DNA of 35,633 nucleotides from assembly GCA_031962025.1 (NCBI GenBank), contig JAVRKW010000013.1. One strand, given 5' to 3'. A model generated the notes under the pieces. The model worked only from the letters and a program-made list of their open reading frames with translations, did no database searches and was not told where the DNA came from. This DNA comes from Pseudothermotoga sp. GTDB taxonomy: Bacteria; Thermotogota; Thermotogae; Thermotogales; DSM-5069. This document shows, in pieces, positions 18,392 through 28,022 of this stretch; position 1 is the first letter of the stretch, and each line of letters opens with the position of its first letter. The position numbers and the translations under genes were made by a program.

Positions 18392-18426
18392 AAAAACACC
18401 TCCCTTGAAATAACCCCTCATGGGGT

Positions 18427-19389
18427 TTATTCTTTTTTCAAATTTTGCAGCAATACCGCCGCGATGATGATCAGACCTTTTACCATACCCTGCAGATAAA
18501 CTGCGACGTTGAGCATAACGAGCATGTTGTTTATCACTCCTAAGATCAAAGCCCCAAAGAAAGTTCCAAAAACACTACCCCTGCCACCGCTGAGACTTGT
18601 ACCACCTATTACCGCAGCGGCTATTGCATCCAATTCAAAACCGTTACCCGTCGAAGATGAACTAATTGCGCTCATCATCGAAGATAGTAAAATCGCCGAT
18701 GTCGCAACGGAGATGCCGCTTACCACATATGTCCATGTTCTAACCATATCGACTTTGATGGCTGAATAAAGCGCCGCTGTCTCATTTGCGCCAACGGCAT
18801 AAATGTGTCTGCCAAATTTTGTTTTATCCAGCAGTATATAGGCAAGCGCGGCATAGGCTATGAAGACAATCATTGGTAGTGGTAGCCCAAAGACAAACCG
18901 CATACCTATACTCGTGTACTTCTGTGACATAGTCATGTAAACTCCACCATTTGCGAAATTCAAAACTAAGGACCTGTAGATTGCCATACCACCGAGTGTT
19001 GTGACAAATGCAGGTATTCTGCCTTTTGTGGTCAACAATCCGACACCGAATCCCAGCAGTACCGCTAAACCATACGTAAGCACAATCGAAAGAACCACAG
19101 AAGATGTTTTATCACCAAACCTGTTCACCGACTGGATCGCCACAGAACCCAGTAGAGCCAGCATTGAGCCAACTGAAAGATCTATACCACCTGCTATCAT
19201 CACGAAGGTTATTCCTATGGCGATGATACCAACGTACGATGTCTGCCAGAATATGTTCAGTATGTTTCTTGGCTTTAGGAATGCCGGACTCAATATACCG
19301 GAAAAAGCCATTAAACCGATTAAAATGAAAACAATGAGATACTTTGAAAAGTTCAATTTGAAAGCTGTTTTAATCTTTATGAGAACCAC
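18427..19389 (-). CDS. CUT2 ABC permease (RbsC-like)
   Basis: [48 protein letters not shown]; exact start uncertain. Confidence 0.92.
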   Translation of the reverse strand: MVLIKIKTAFKLNFSKYLIVFILIGLMAFSGILSPAFLKPRNILNIFWQTSYVGIIAIGITFVMIAGGIDLSVGSMLALLGSVAIQSVNRFGDKTSSVVLSIVLTYGLAVLLGFGVGLLTTKGRIPAFVTTLGGMAIYRSLVLNFANGGVYMTMSQKYTSIGMRFVFGLPLPMIVFIAYAALAYILLDKTKFGRHIYAVGANETAALYSAIKVDMVRTWTYVVSGISVATSAILLSSMMSAISSSSTGNGFELDAIAAAVIGGTSLSGGRGSVFGTFFGALILGVINNMLVMLNVAVYLQGMVKGLIIIAAVLLQNLKKE

Positions 19390-20881
19390 CTTCCTCTACA
19401 CCCGTAGCAAGATAGATCAGGTTTTTCTCATTGATCTGTTCGCCAGACACAGAGCCAGCTATTTTTCCATTTCTCATAACGATTACTCTGTTGCATAACC
19501 CAATTATCTCTGGTAATTCTGATGAAACCACGATGAAAGTGACATCGAGCTCCTTTACCATCTGGTGCATAATTTCATAAATCTGATGTTTTGCATTGAC
19601 GTCAACACCGCGCGTGGGTTCATCAAAGATGAAGATTTTGGCACCTGTTTGCACGAGCTTTGATATCACCACTTTCTGCTGATTGCCGCCGCTCAGTGTT
19701 CTGGCAAGTTGAAAAGGTGTTCTTGCTTTTATATCGAATTTCTCCTGGTAGCTTTTGAAAGTCTCTATTTCTTTTCTTTTTTTGAGCAAAATCTTTGAAA
19801 ATTTTTCCAGTGACATAACCGTGGTGTTCATAAACACCTGCAAAGAAAGAATTATCCCCGCAGTTTTTCTATCTTCTGGTAGATAAACTATGCCTGATCT
19901 TTTCGCATCCTGTACAGAGTTGATGTCGATTTTTTTGCCATTTAGCAAAATCTGACCACTTTGCAATTTCCTAATACCTATTATCGCTTCCATTAGCTCG
20001 GTACGACCGGAGCCAACAAGACCGTAGAAACCGAGTATTTCTCTTTTGAAGACCTTAAAGTCCACATCTTTGAAGGTACCATCTTTTGAGGTGAGATTTT
20101 TCACTTCCAGTAATACCTCTTTTGCAGGTGTAGATTTTGGGGGATACATTTCATCCAACTTTCTACCTATCATGAGTTCTGCTATCTGTTTTTCTGTGAG
20201 CTGCTGTGTTTGCCCTTCGTAAACCTTTCTACCATCTCTGAGAACAACCAGTTCATCGGTAATTGCTTTGACTTCTCTCAACTTATGGGAGATGAAAACA
20301 ACTGTGACACCCGAATTTTTCATATTTCTGATAACCTCGAAGAGTTTGGAAATCTCTTCTTCACTCAAAGAAGAAGTCGGCTCATCCATGATCAGCACTT
20401 TTACCTTTTTTGATATTGCTTTTACTATTTCTACCATTTGCTTTTGTGCCGGTGAGAGTTGAGAAACGTAGAGTTTTGGATCGATTTTTAACTGGAGTCT
20501 GCTCAGATACTCATTTGTTTTTTCGATCATCGCTTTTTTGTTCAAAAGAAAACTTTTTTCGACCTCGCTACCGAGAAATACATTTTCGTAAACCCTGAGA
20601 CTGTCAACCAGATTCAATTCTTGGGGAATGAGTATTATACCCAGTGACTTGGCTTTGAGTGGGTTTAAATGAACCATTTGATTCTCAACAAAGATCTCAC
20701 CCTGGGTTGGTTGCAAAAAACCGGATAAAATTCTCATTAAGGTCGATTTGCCTGCTCCATTCTCACCAACCACGCCATAGACCTTTGATCTTTGAAACAG
20801 CACGTTTACATCGTGCAGGACTCTTACAGATGAAAAATCCATGCATATACCCCTGGCAGACAGGACTGCTTCGCTAACCAT
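19370..20881 (-). CDS. CUT2 ABC ATPase (RbsA-like, tandem NBDs)
   Basis: GENGAGKST, MDEPT, LSGGNQQK, FDEPTRGVD. Confidence 0.95.
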   Translation of the reverse strand: MVSEAVLSARGICMDFSSVRVLHDVNVLFQRSKVYGVVGENGAGKSTLMRILSGFLQPTQGEIFVENQMVHLNPLKAKSLGIILIPQELNLVDSLRVYENVFLGSEVEKSFLLNKKAMIEKTNEYLSRLQLKIDPKLYVSQLSPAQKQMVEIVKAISKKVKVLIMDEPTSSLSEEEISKLFEVIRNMKNSGVTVVFISHKLREVKAITDELVVLRDGRKVYEGQTQQLTEKQIAELMIGRKLDEMYPPKSTPAKEVLLEVKNLTSKDGTFKDVDFKVFKREILGFYGLVGSGRTELMEAIIGIRKLQSGQILLNGKKIDINSVQDAKRSGIVYLPEDRKTAGIILSLQVFMNTTVMSLEKFSKILLKKRKEIETFKSYQEKFDIKARTPFQLARTLSGGNQQKVVISKLVQTGAKIFIFDEPTRGVDVNAKHQIYEIMHQMVKELDVTFIVVSSELPEIIGLCNRVIVMRNGKIAGSVSGEQINEKNLIYLATGVEEGGSHKD

Positions 20882-21911
20882 CTATCCTTACTGTTCCTCC
20901 TTTTTTAGATGATTCAAGGATCTTTTCAACGATTTTTACAGCTATCATTCCGTCCTCTGGTTGTACAATTGGTTTTTCCAAACCAAGGCATACTTTTGCA
21001 AAATGGTCTATGACCGGCATCTTCCAGTATGGATCTTCATTTGTAAACAGCGGTTTGAGACTTATTTGACCGTGGAAACTGATAGGTTTTGAAAGATAGA
21101 TATCGATCCTCGAAGGATCTGTTTGTCCTATCTTTATGGTGCCTCTTTCTCCGTAAATGACAGTGTAATTCTCCTCGAGACCCTTTGTGATCCAGTTGGC
21201 ATCGAGTGTCGCAAAGCCACCATTTGAGAGCCTTAGAACAGCGCTTGCAATATCTTCGACGTTACCCTGTTTTTCCAGAGTCCCTATCATTGCAGTGCAC
21301 TCAGTTATCTCCAATCCCGTTAAGTATCTTATGAGATCTACTTTGTGCACTCCAAGATCACCAAGAGCTCCAAACATCGCTGAGTCCTTCTGGAAAAACC
21401 AGGCGGCATTTGGGGACCAGTTTTCAGGACCTGAATGTCCGAACATCGTTTTCACAAGCCTTATCTGTCCAATCAGACCTGAATCGATTATCTCTCTGGC
21501 TTTTTGGTGATGAGGGAAAAATCTTTGAGAATGGTTTGTCATCAGTATTTTTTGTTTTTCCTTTGCCGTTTGAACCATTTCCAGAGCCTGCTGGGAATTA
21601 GTTGCCATTGGTTTCTCAACCAGTACGTGTTTGTTCATTCTCAAAGCATCAAGTGAAGCCTTTGCGTGAAGGAAATTTGGCAGAGCGACTACCACGGCAT
21701 CGATATCTTCTTTTTCAAGCATGACTGAATATTCTGTGTAGAAGTGTATTTTCTCGTCATTGAGTTTTTTTCTGAAGAAATCCAATCTCTCCTGGTCTTT
21801 GTCTGATATCGCCACGAGTTGAACGTATTCAGAGAAATATGCATTTGGGATGTGCAGTACTTGTGAAATTTTTCCAGCCCCGATGATACCGAGTTTGATT
21901 TTCTCTGGCAA
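20874..21911 (-). CDS. Gfo/Idh/MocA-family NAD(P)-dependent oxidoreductase
   Basis: GIIGAGKI, PNFLH, VEKPMA, DLGVHKVD; start TTG 21911 behind GGAGGTG. Confidence 0.93.
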   Translation of the reverse strand: MPEKIKLGIIGAGKISQVLHIPNAYFSEYVQLVAISDKDQERLDFFRKKLNDEKIHFYTEYSVMLEKEDIDAVVVALPNFLHAKASLDALRMNKHVLVEKPMATNSQQALEMVQTAKEKQKILMTNHSQRFFPHHQKAREIIDSGLIGQIRLVKTMFGHSGPENWSPNAAWFFQKDSAMFGALGDLGVHKVDLIRYLTGLEITECTAMIGTLEKQGNVEDIASAVLRLSNGGFATLDANWITKGLEENYTVIYGERGTIKIGQTDPSRIDIYLSKPISFHGQISLKPLFTNEDPYWKMPVIDHFAKVCLGLEKPIVQPEDGMIAVKIVEKILESSKKGGTVRIDG

Positions 21912-21924
21912 TGTTAACACCTCC

Positions 21925-22554
21925 TCAGATTTGCATTACGTCAATAAGTTTCTTGTTGAGTGGAGATAGTGGAAACCTTGAACCAAAATGCCTGAATACT
22001 TCGGCAAAATCACAGCCAACCTGAATTCCTCTGAAACCGGCTGGATAGATGATAGATGGCATGATCTCCTTTAAAAAAACGCGTTCATCAAAAGCATCCT
22101 TCATGATCTCAATGACCTTTTTCTTGAGTTCATATGTGTCTGTTATGTCCACGGCTACATCGAAATCAAAGTCGACACTTGAAGCTGGTATTTCAAACAG
22201 ATAGATTTCTTTTTCAAATTTCCTTGCCAGCTTGATTGTTTGCTGTGATACCACCTGGTGATCGTACAGTATCTCTGTATGCCAGTGCGTGAAGACCACA
22301 TCCGGGTTGAATTTCTCAAAAACTCTCTTCACATCTTCAAATAACTTTGCCTCGTCGATCTGGCTGTATGAATATTCAAGGTATTCAGGTTTCGCGCCAA
22401 GCATATTAATTGCCCTGTCAAAACCATGAATTCTATCTTTGCACGCACAGATGGCAAGAATCTCATAGTTTTTCATAGCCATCCTTGCTATGGTTCCTCC
22501 CATTCCTATGATCGGATCATCACTGTGTGCCGAAACAACGAGGATTTTTTTCAA
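21925..22554 (-). CDS. PIG-L/LmbE-family N-deacetylase
   Basis: ILVVSAHSDD..GMGGT, PDVVFTH....YDH, VDITD...K, RG...G..FAEVF. Confidence 0.85.
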   Translation of the reverse strand: MKKILVVSAHSDDPIIGMGGTIARMAMKNYEILAICACKDRIHGFDRAINMLGAKPEYLEYSYSQIDEAKLFEDVKRVFEKFNPDVVFTHWHTEILYDHQVVSQQTIKLARKFEKEIYLFEIPASSVDFDFDVAVDITDTYELKKKVIEIMKDAFDERVFLKEIMPSIIYPAGFRGIQVGCDFAEVFRHFGSRFPLSPLNKKLIDVMQI

Positions 22555-23552
22555 TCAGATCCTTCCTTTCTCTTTGAACTTGACTGTCTCACAACCAATC
22601 TGGGAGAAAAAATGTACCTGTTTATCTTTTTGTTTCCCTTGATCAACTCGAAAAGGAGTTTTGCCGATATTTCACCCATTTCTTCGACTGGTTGATGAAC
22701 AGAAGACAGAGACGGAGATATAACTTCGCATAACTGCTCATCATCGTCAAATCCAACGATTGCAATGTCCTGTGGCACTTTTAAAGAAAACTCCTTAATG
22801 GCTCTCATAGCACCTATCGCGACAAGGTCGTTCATACAAAAGACGCCATCCACCTTTTGACCAGATGAGAGTATCTTTTTCATCTGCTGATAACCTTTAT
22901 CTTCATCGTATCCCACCGGGTACGCGACTGGTTCTAATCCAAATTCTTTCATGGCTGTTTTATATCCCTCAAGTCTTTGAAGTGAAACGTATAGCTCGTA
23001 TGTTCCTCCAAGGTGAATGACATTTGAGCATCCATTCTCGATCAAATGTTTTGTCGCAGAATACGCACCATAAAAGTTGTCTAATACGATTGAAACGACA
23101 TTTTCATGATCATAGTCTTTATCAAAAACGACAACGGGAATATATGAAGAAACCTCTAAGACCAGATCATCGTTAATGCGAGAATTTCCTATGATGATTC
23201 CGCTCACTCCAAAAAATCTCGCATTCTTTATGAGCATCTCTTCTCTATGTAGATCTCTGAATGAATCCATCAGGATAACCAGTGAGTCCTCACCACATGC
23301 TTTTTCAACACCGCGTGTGAGTCTGGCAAAAAACGGGTTAATTATGTCAGGTACAATGAGACCCACTGTTGTGATCTTTGTTTTTCTCGCCATCGTCCTT
23401 GCATGAAAATCCGGTGTATAACCGAGTTCCTTAGCCACTCTCAAAATCTCTCTGCGCTTTTTATCGCTGACCCGTCCCTTGCCGTTGAGCACCTTTGAAA
23501 CTGTGGAGATTGAAACCTTTGTCAAATCGGCTATCTGTTTTAGATTCGCCAC
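22551..23552 (-). CDS. LacI-family transcriptional regulator
   Basis: LKQIADLTKVSISTVSKVLN, LGYTPD, PDIINPFF, NDLVAIG, VPQDIAIVGFDD. Confidence 0.96.
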   Translation of the reverse strand: MANLKQIADLTKVSISTVSKVLNGKGRVSDKKRREILRVAKELGYTPDFHARTMARKTKITTVGLIVPDIINPFFARLTRGVEKACGEDSLVILMDSFRDLHREEMLIKNARFFGVSGIIIGNSRINDDLVLEVSSYIPVVVFDKDYDHENVVSIVLDNFYGAYSATKHLIENGCSNVIHLGGTYELYVSLQRLEGYKTAMKEFGLEPVAYPVGYDEDKGYQQMKKILSSGQKVDGVFCMNDLVAIGAMRAIKEFSLKVPQDIAIVGFDDDEQLCEVISPSLSSVHQPVEEMGEISAKLLFELIKGNKKINRYIFSPRLVVRQSSSKRKEGSD

Positions 23553-23569
23553 TATCAGACCTCCCGATG

Positions 23570-24550
23570 TTACAGAACAACCAGAGCAATATCAGATTCA
23601 TTCATTTCTCTGACAAATTCTTCCCTCTGCCTGAAATAAGTCACCGATTCTCTAACCAAATTGTCCATCACTGATTCGTCGGCTGAAGAATTTGCTAAGA
23701 CATATGGATCAGCATAAGGACCAAGTGGTTCAAAGGTGATAAACCTTCCTTGCTGGTTCATACCAATCAGATAAGCTGCCATTATGACCAGATCTAAATC
23801 TATCATTCCCTTGCCAGGTCCATCACGGTTACTATCTGCTATGTGAAGATTTATGAGTCGATCAGAACATTTTATTATGGCTTCTGCGATATTACTTTCT
23901 TCGCACAGCATGTGATAAATATCGCCATTTATATAGTATATCGCTGGATGATCCACCGCTTTGATATATGCAAGAGCTTGATCTACAGTATGTATTAAAC
24001 TGACTTCGGCAGATCTTATTGGTTCAATAGCAGCTTTGACAGTCGATCTTTCAAAATACTTTGCACAGATTCTCATAGTCTCCACACTACGATACAGCTC
24101 GTAATCATCTTCAGGCTTAGTTCGACCAACAGCACTCGGAACCACTATTAGATACCGCCCGTTGACGGACTGCGCAAAATCTATTTGCCTTTTTACATAA
24201 TCGATAGCAGCCTGCCTCACGTATGGATTTGAACTTGAAAGGTCGTTGTACTGCGAGTAAAGCCCACATATTCCGGACACTTCCATCTTTAAATCTTCCA
24301 GCACATCATTCACCTTGTTTACATTGGAAGAAATCTCATCGGTGTAATTATCACCCTTGAGCTCGACAAAATTTATCCCGTTGTTCTTCAGTCTGTATAA
24401 GGATTTTTCAAAAGATTCACGTCCGAACATCCATATACTCCAGGACAGATCAAGTTTTCTGGTCATCTTTTCCGGGTTCTTATTTTTGAACTCAAGAAAT
24501 CTTTCTATTATCTGAAGTTTTTTGATCTGAAAATTCTGCAGTCTCTTCAA
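23570..24550 (-). CDS. TIM-barrel epimerase 2 (D-tagatose/psicose 3-epimerase / YcjR-like)
   Basis: IEPIRSAE, GDIYHM..EE, HIADSNR.GPG.G, TFE; start TTG 24550 behind AAGGAG. Confidence 0.85.
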   Translation of the reverse strand: MKRLQNFQIKKLQIIERFLEFKNKNPEKMTRKLDLSWSIWMFGRESFEKSLYRLKNNGINFVELKGDNYTDEISSNVNKVNDVLEDLKMEVSGICGLYSQYNDLSSSNPYVRQAAIDYVKRQIDFAQSVNGRYLIVVPSAVGRTKPEDDYELYRSVETMRICAKYFERSTVKAAIEPIRSAEVSLIHTVDQALAYIKAVDHPAIYYINGDIYHMLCEESNIAEAIIKCSDRLINLHIADSNRDGPGKGMIDLDLVIMAAYLIGMNQQGRFITFEPLGPYADPYVLANSSADESVMDNLVRESVTYFRQREEFVREMNESDIALVVL

Positions 24551-24562
24551 TTGAAACACTCC

Positions 24563-25432
24563 TTATCTTTCTTCTTCGATATCCAATTCTTTTAAAGTGT
24601 TTCTCAACCAATTCAACGATTTTTCAAGTAAAATCCCGCCTTTACCTTCACATTCTATGCTCAGGGTGCCCTGGTAGTTGTTGTCTTTCAGTATCTTTAG
24701 AACCTTGCGTATGTTATCTGCATTAACGCCTTCGCCAACTGCAGAATGACTTATCCCTATACCAGTATCTTTCCCTCTCAAACTCATCGCAAGACTCTCA
24801 GAGACATCTTTTATGTGCACGTGCTTTATTTTCTTTACGAATTTTCTGCAAAATTCAACTGGATCCTGTCCGGCTATGAAAGTATTGCCTGTGTCAAGGT
24901 TGAGTCCCAATCTGTCGCTTTTGACAAAATCGAGCATTTTCTCTAACATCTCTGGTTTTGTTGTGAAATAGCCGTGAATTTCTATGTTGATATTTATCCC
25001 ATAAAGCTCAGCAAGCTCAACAATATAGGAGTACGATCTTTTCATCAATTCCATTGCTTCTTGATCAGATAATCCTTCTGGCTTGTGCAATCCATCGGTG
25101 GTTGCTATGTTATCACATCCAACTAATTTCGCCCAGGGTAATGTTTTGCAGACGTACTGAACCCCAAAATACATCCCATCTTTACCGGAAAGAGGATAAG
25201 CGGCATCCAGTTGAGAGAATTTGACGCCATATTTTGACATCTTTTCCCTCATTTTGAGTGGATCCTCCGACAGAGAAATGTGAGGGAAATATCCAAGTCC
25301 ATGTATCCAGGCAAGACCATCGATAACTCCGCATTCGATATAATGAACATCGTGTTCTTTAGCCCATTGTAAAGCCTTATCAAAACTGAAAACAGCAGAA
25401 TTGAAAGCATCTGTATGGAACCCTATTTTCAT
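24563..25432 (-). CDS. TIM-barrel sugar isomerase/epimerase family protein 3
   Basis: NIEIHG, LNLDTGN, HVHIKDV, VGEG, SIECE; RBS GGAGG. Confidence 0.85.
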   Translation of the reverse strand: MKIGFHTDAFNSAVFSFDKALQWAKEHDVHYIECGVIDGLAWIHGLGYFPHISLSEDPLKMREKMSKYGVKFSQLDAAYPLSGKDGMYFGVQYVCKTLPWAKLVGCDNIATTDGLHKPEGLSDQEAMELMKRSYSYIVELAELYGININIEIHGYFTTKPEMLEKMLDFVKSDRLGLNLDTGNTFIAGQDPVEFCRKFVKKIKHVHIKDVSESLAMSLRGKDTGIGISHSAVGEGVNADNIRKVLKILKDNNYQGTLSIECEGKGGILLEKSLNWLRNTLKELDIEEER

Positions 25433-25434
25433 AA

Positions 25435-26451
25435 CTATCCCTCCCTGTCGCGTTTGATGGATTTTTTGAAAATACCCTTTCCCGCATACATACTGAAAGC
25501 ACTCACAGCAAGCGAAGCCACTATGAAGATTCCAAAGACAACCTCCTGAAAATATGGATTAACTCTTAACATGTTGAGTGTATTGGAAATTATTCCCATG
25601 AGCAGAACACCGAAAAATGTACCCAGTATATTACCTTTACCTCCGGACAGAGGAGTGCCTCCAATAACGACAGCACCTATTGCCCTCAGCTCCAACCCAG
25701 AACCTGTGGTCGGTTGAGCTGCACCAACTCTTGACAAAAGTATCATTGAAGCAAGTCCTACCAGCAATCCATTTATCAAAAAAGCCAAAAGTTTAGTTTT
25801 GAAGATCGAGATTCCAGATAAATATGCAGCCGCAGGATTACTTCCCACTGCATAAAAATGCCTGCCGAGTTTGGAGTATTTCAAGATGAAGTGAGCCAGA
25901 AAATATATGGAAATTCCCACAAGAAACCCTAAAGGAAGTATTCCCCATATTCTTGTCAAACCCAGTGTTTCGAACTTTCCGTAAATAGTCTGGAATACTC
26001 CTTTTGTTATAGCGTATGCTGTTCCTCTAAAGACACTCAAAAAGCCGAGTGAAGTGATGAAAGATGGTGCCCTGAAAATCAAAGACGACGATCCAACCAG
26101 CAAACTATCAAAAGCCGCCAGAGTTAGAGCTACGATAATTACCCACAGGTAACTGACATCGTTTTTGATCATCATAGCGATCACACAGGAAACCAGCCCA
26201 ATGTTAGCACCTACGGATATATCTATCTCTCCAGAAATTATCAAAATGGTCATACCAGATGCGAGTATGCCCAGCACGGCAATTTGTTCCAGAATGTTTG
26301 TGATGTTACTGAGACTGAAAAACCTTGGATTTATCGTTCCGGTGATGATTGCAAGGACCACTTCTGCTAAGAGCAGAAAAAACCACTGATTTTTGTACAC
26401 TGGCCTTTTACCTTTCGGTAAAACTCGATTGGAATTACCCTGCTCTGACAT
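25435..26451 (-). CDS. CUT2 ABC permease (RbsC-like)
   Basis: GEIDISVG, PSFITSLG, GRHFYAVGSN, ELRAIGAVVIGGTPLSGGKG. Confidence 0.92.
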   Translation of the reverse strand: MSEQGNSNRVLPKGKRPVYKNQWFFLLLAEVVLAIITGTINPRFFSLSNITNILEQIAVLGILASGMTILIISGEIDISVGANIGLVSCVIAMMIKNDVSYLWVIIVALTLAAFDSLLVGSSSLIFRAPSFITSLGFLSVFRGTAYAITKGVFQTIYGKFETLGLTRIWGILPLGFLVGISIYFLAHFILKYSKLGRHFYAVGSNPAAAYLSGISIFKTKLLAFLINGLLVGLASMILLSRVGAAQPTTGSGLELRAIGAVVIGGTPLSGGKGNILGTFFGVLLMGIISNTLNMLRVNPYFQEVVFGIFIVASLAVSAFSMYAGKGIFKKSIKRDREG

Positions 26452-26469
26452 AACATGTCCCTCCTGAGA

Positions 26470-27972
26470 TCAGACGCCAATGAAAAGCCTGATTAAATCT
26501 TCTTCTTTTAGATTCTTATTGTCCAGAATATGAGTCAACCTTCCATTTCTCATAACACCTATACGATCGCTCATGGACAAAAGTTCGGGCATATCTGAAG
26601 AAACCATTATTATACTCTTCCCGTTTTCTGCAAGCTCCAGCATGATTTGATATATCTGTTCCCTTGCACCTATATCAACACCTTTTGTTGGTTCATCGAA
26701 TATGTACAATGCCGCGTTGGGATTCAGCAACCATCTTCCGATGATTACCTTTTGCTGATTCCCTCCAGAAAGCTCTTCAACCAGCTGATTTGCATCTGAA
26801 ACTACGATTGAAAGTTTTTTGACCGTTTGGGTTGAAAGCATCAGTTCCTCATTTAAGTTGAGTAGAAGTCTCTTTGACAATTTATTCCTGACAACCATCA
26901 GATTTTCTACCACGTTTCTTCCCAGAAACATACCGTATTTTTTTCTATCTTCCGAGACAAAACAAATGCCTTTTTTCATCGCGTCCATTGGTGATCTGAG
27001 GACAACCCTTTCTCCATCTATGAAAATCTCGCCCCTGTCCGGTTTCTGTGCACCGTATATCAAACTCACCAATTCTGTTCTGCCAGATCCCACCAGACCA
27101 CCTATGCCAAAAATTTCACCCGCTCTGACATCAAAGCTGACATCTTCCACAACACCTTCTTTGGTGATATTGCGAACCTGGAACCGTATGTCACCTAACG
27201 GAATCTGCTTGCGCTGAAAAAACAGTGCGGAATCTCTTCCAACCATTTTCTTAACGACTGTGTTCAGATCAATATCTTTTGAAAGGTATGTACCCATTTT
27301 TTCACCGTCTTTTAGAATGGTTATTCTATCAGCTATTTCGAACACTTCGTTCAAATAATGAGAGATATATATTATGCCTAATCCTTCCGCTTTTAGGTTT
27401 TTCAAAAGGGTAAGCAGTGCTTTTGTTTCTTCAAGTCCCAATGAACTTGTTGGTTCGTCCATTATTATCACTTTGGCTTTTCTGTGCAATGCCTTTGCGA
27501 TTTGAACCAGCTGTTTTTCTGCGGTAGACAAATTTGCGGCAACTTCGTCCGCATTCAGATTTATACCAAGCTTTTTGAGGATTTTCTGAGTTTCATCAAT
27601 CTGTTTTTGCCTGTCTACTTTGAGTGGTATTTTCGAACCCAGCTCATTACCCAGGAATATGTTCTCAGCGACTGTGAGTGAATCAACGATTTCAGCATCC
27701 TGGTAAACTGTTGTGATACCAAGTTCGATTGCTAATCTTGGAGTCAGAGCTTTCATTTTCTTGCCAAGAATCGAGATTTCTCCTGATTCCGGTGAAATTG
27801 CACCTGACAAAATCTTTATCAAAGTTGATTTACCCGCACCATTTTCTCCAACAAGACAGTGTATTTCTCCCGCTCTTAAATCAAAATCGACGTTTTTCAA
27901 AACAGTATGTTCACCGTATATCTTTACTATGTTTTTGAGTTCAACAAGAAGGTCTTTTTCAGCCACCAACAA
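26470..27972 (-). CDS. CUT2 ABC ATPase (RbsA-like)
   Basis: GENGAGKST, MDEPT, LSGGNQQK, FDEPTKGVD; start may be 27969 or 27966. Confidence 0.95.
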   Translation of the reverse strand: MLVAEKDLLVELKNIVKIYGEHTVLKNVDFDLRAGEIHCLVGENGAGKSTLIKILSGAISPESGEISILGKKMKALTPRLAIELGITTVYQDAEIVDSLTVAENIFLGNELGSKIPLKVDRQKQIDETQKILKKLGINLNADEVAANLSTAEKQLVQIAKALHRKAKVIIMDEPTSSLGLEETKALLTLLKNLKAEGLGIIYISHYLNEVFEIADRITILKDGEKMGTYLSKDIDLNTVVKKMVGRDSALFFQRKQIPLGDIRFQVRNITKEGVVEDVSFDVRAGEIFGIGGLVGSGRTELVSLIYGAQKPDRGEIFIDGERVVLRSPMDAMKKGICFVSEDRKKYGMFLGRNVVENLMVVRNKLSKRLLLNLNEELMLSTQTVKKLSIVVSDANQLVEELSGGNQQKVIIGRWLLNPNAALYIFDEPTKGVDIGAREQIYQIMLELAENGKSIIMVSSDMPELLSMSDRIGVMRNGRLTHILDNKNLKEEDLIRLFIGV

Positions 27973-27983
27973 TCAGCTCCCAA

Positions 27984-28015
27984 AATAAGGGGATGGAGAA
28001 TTCCATCCCCTTATT
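27984..28015 (-). terminator. Strong intercistronic hairpin after the first SBP gene
   Basis: 14-bp perfect stem AATAAGGGGATGGA-gaat-TCCATCCCCTTATT; ends TTATTTT on the minus strand. Confidence 0.8.
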
Positions 28016-28022
28016 CAGCATC

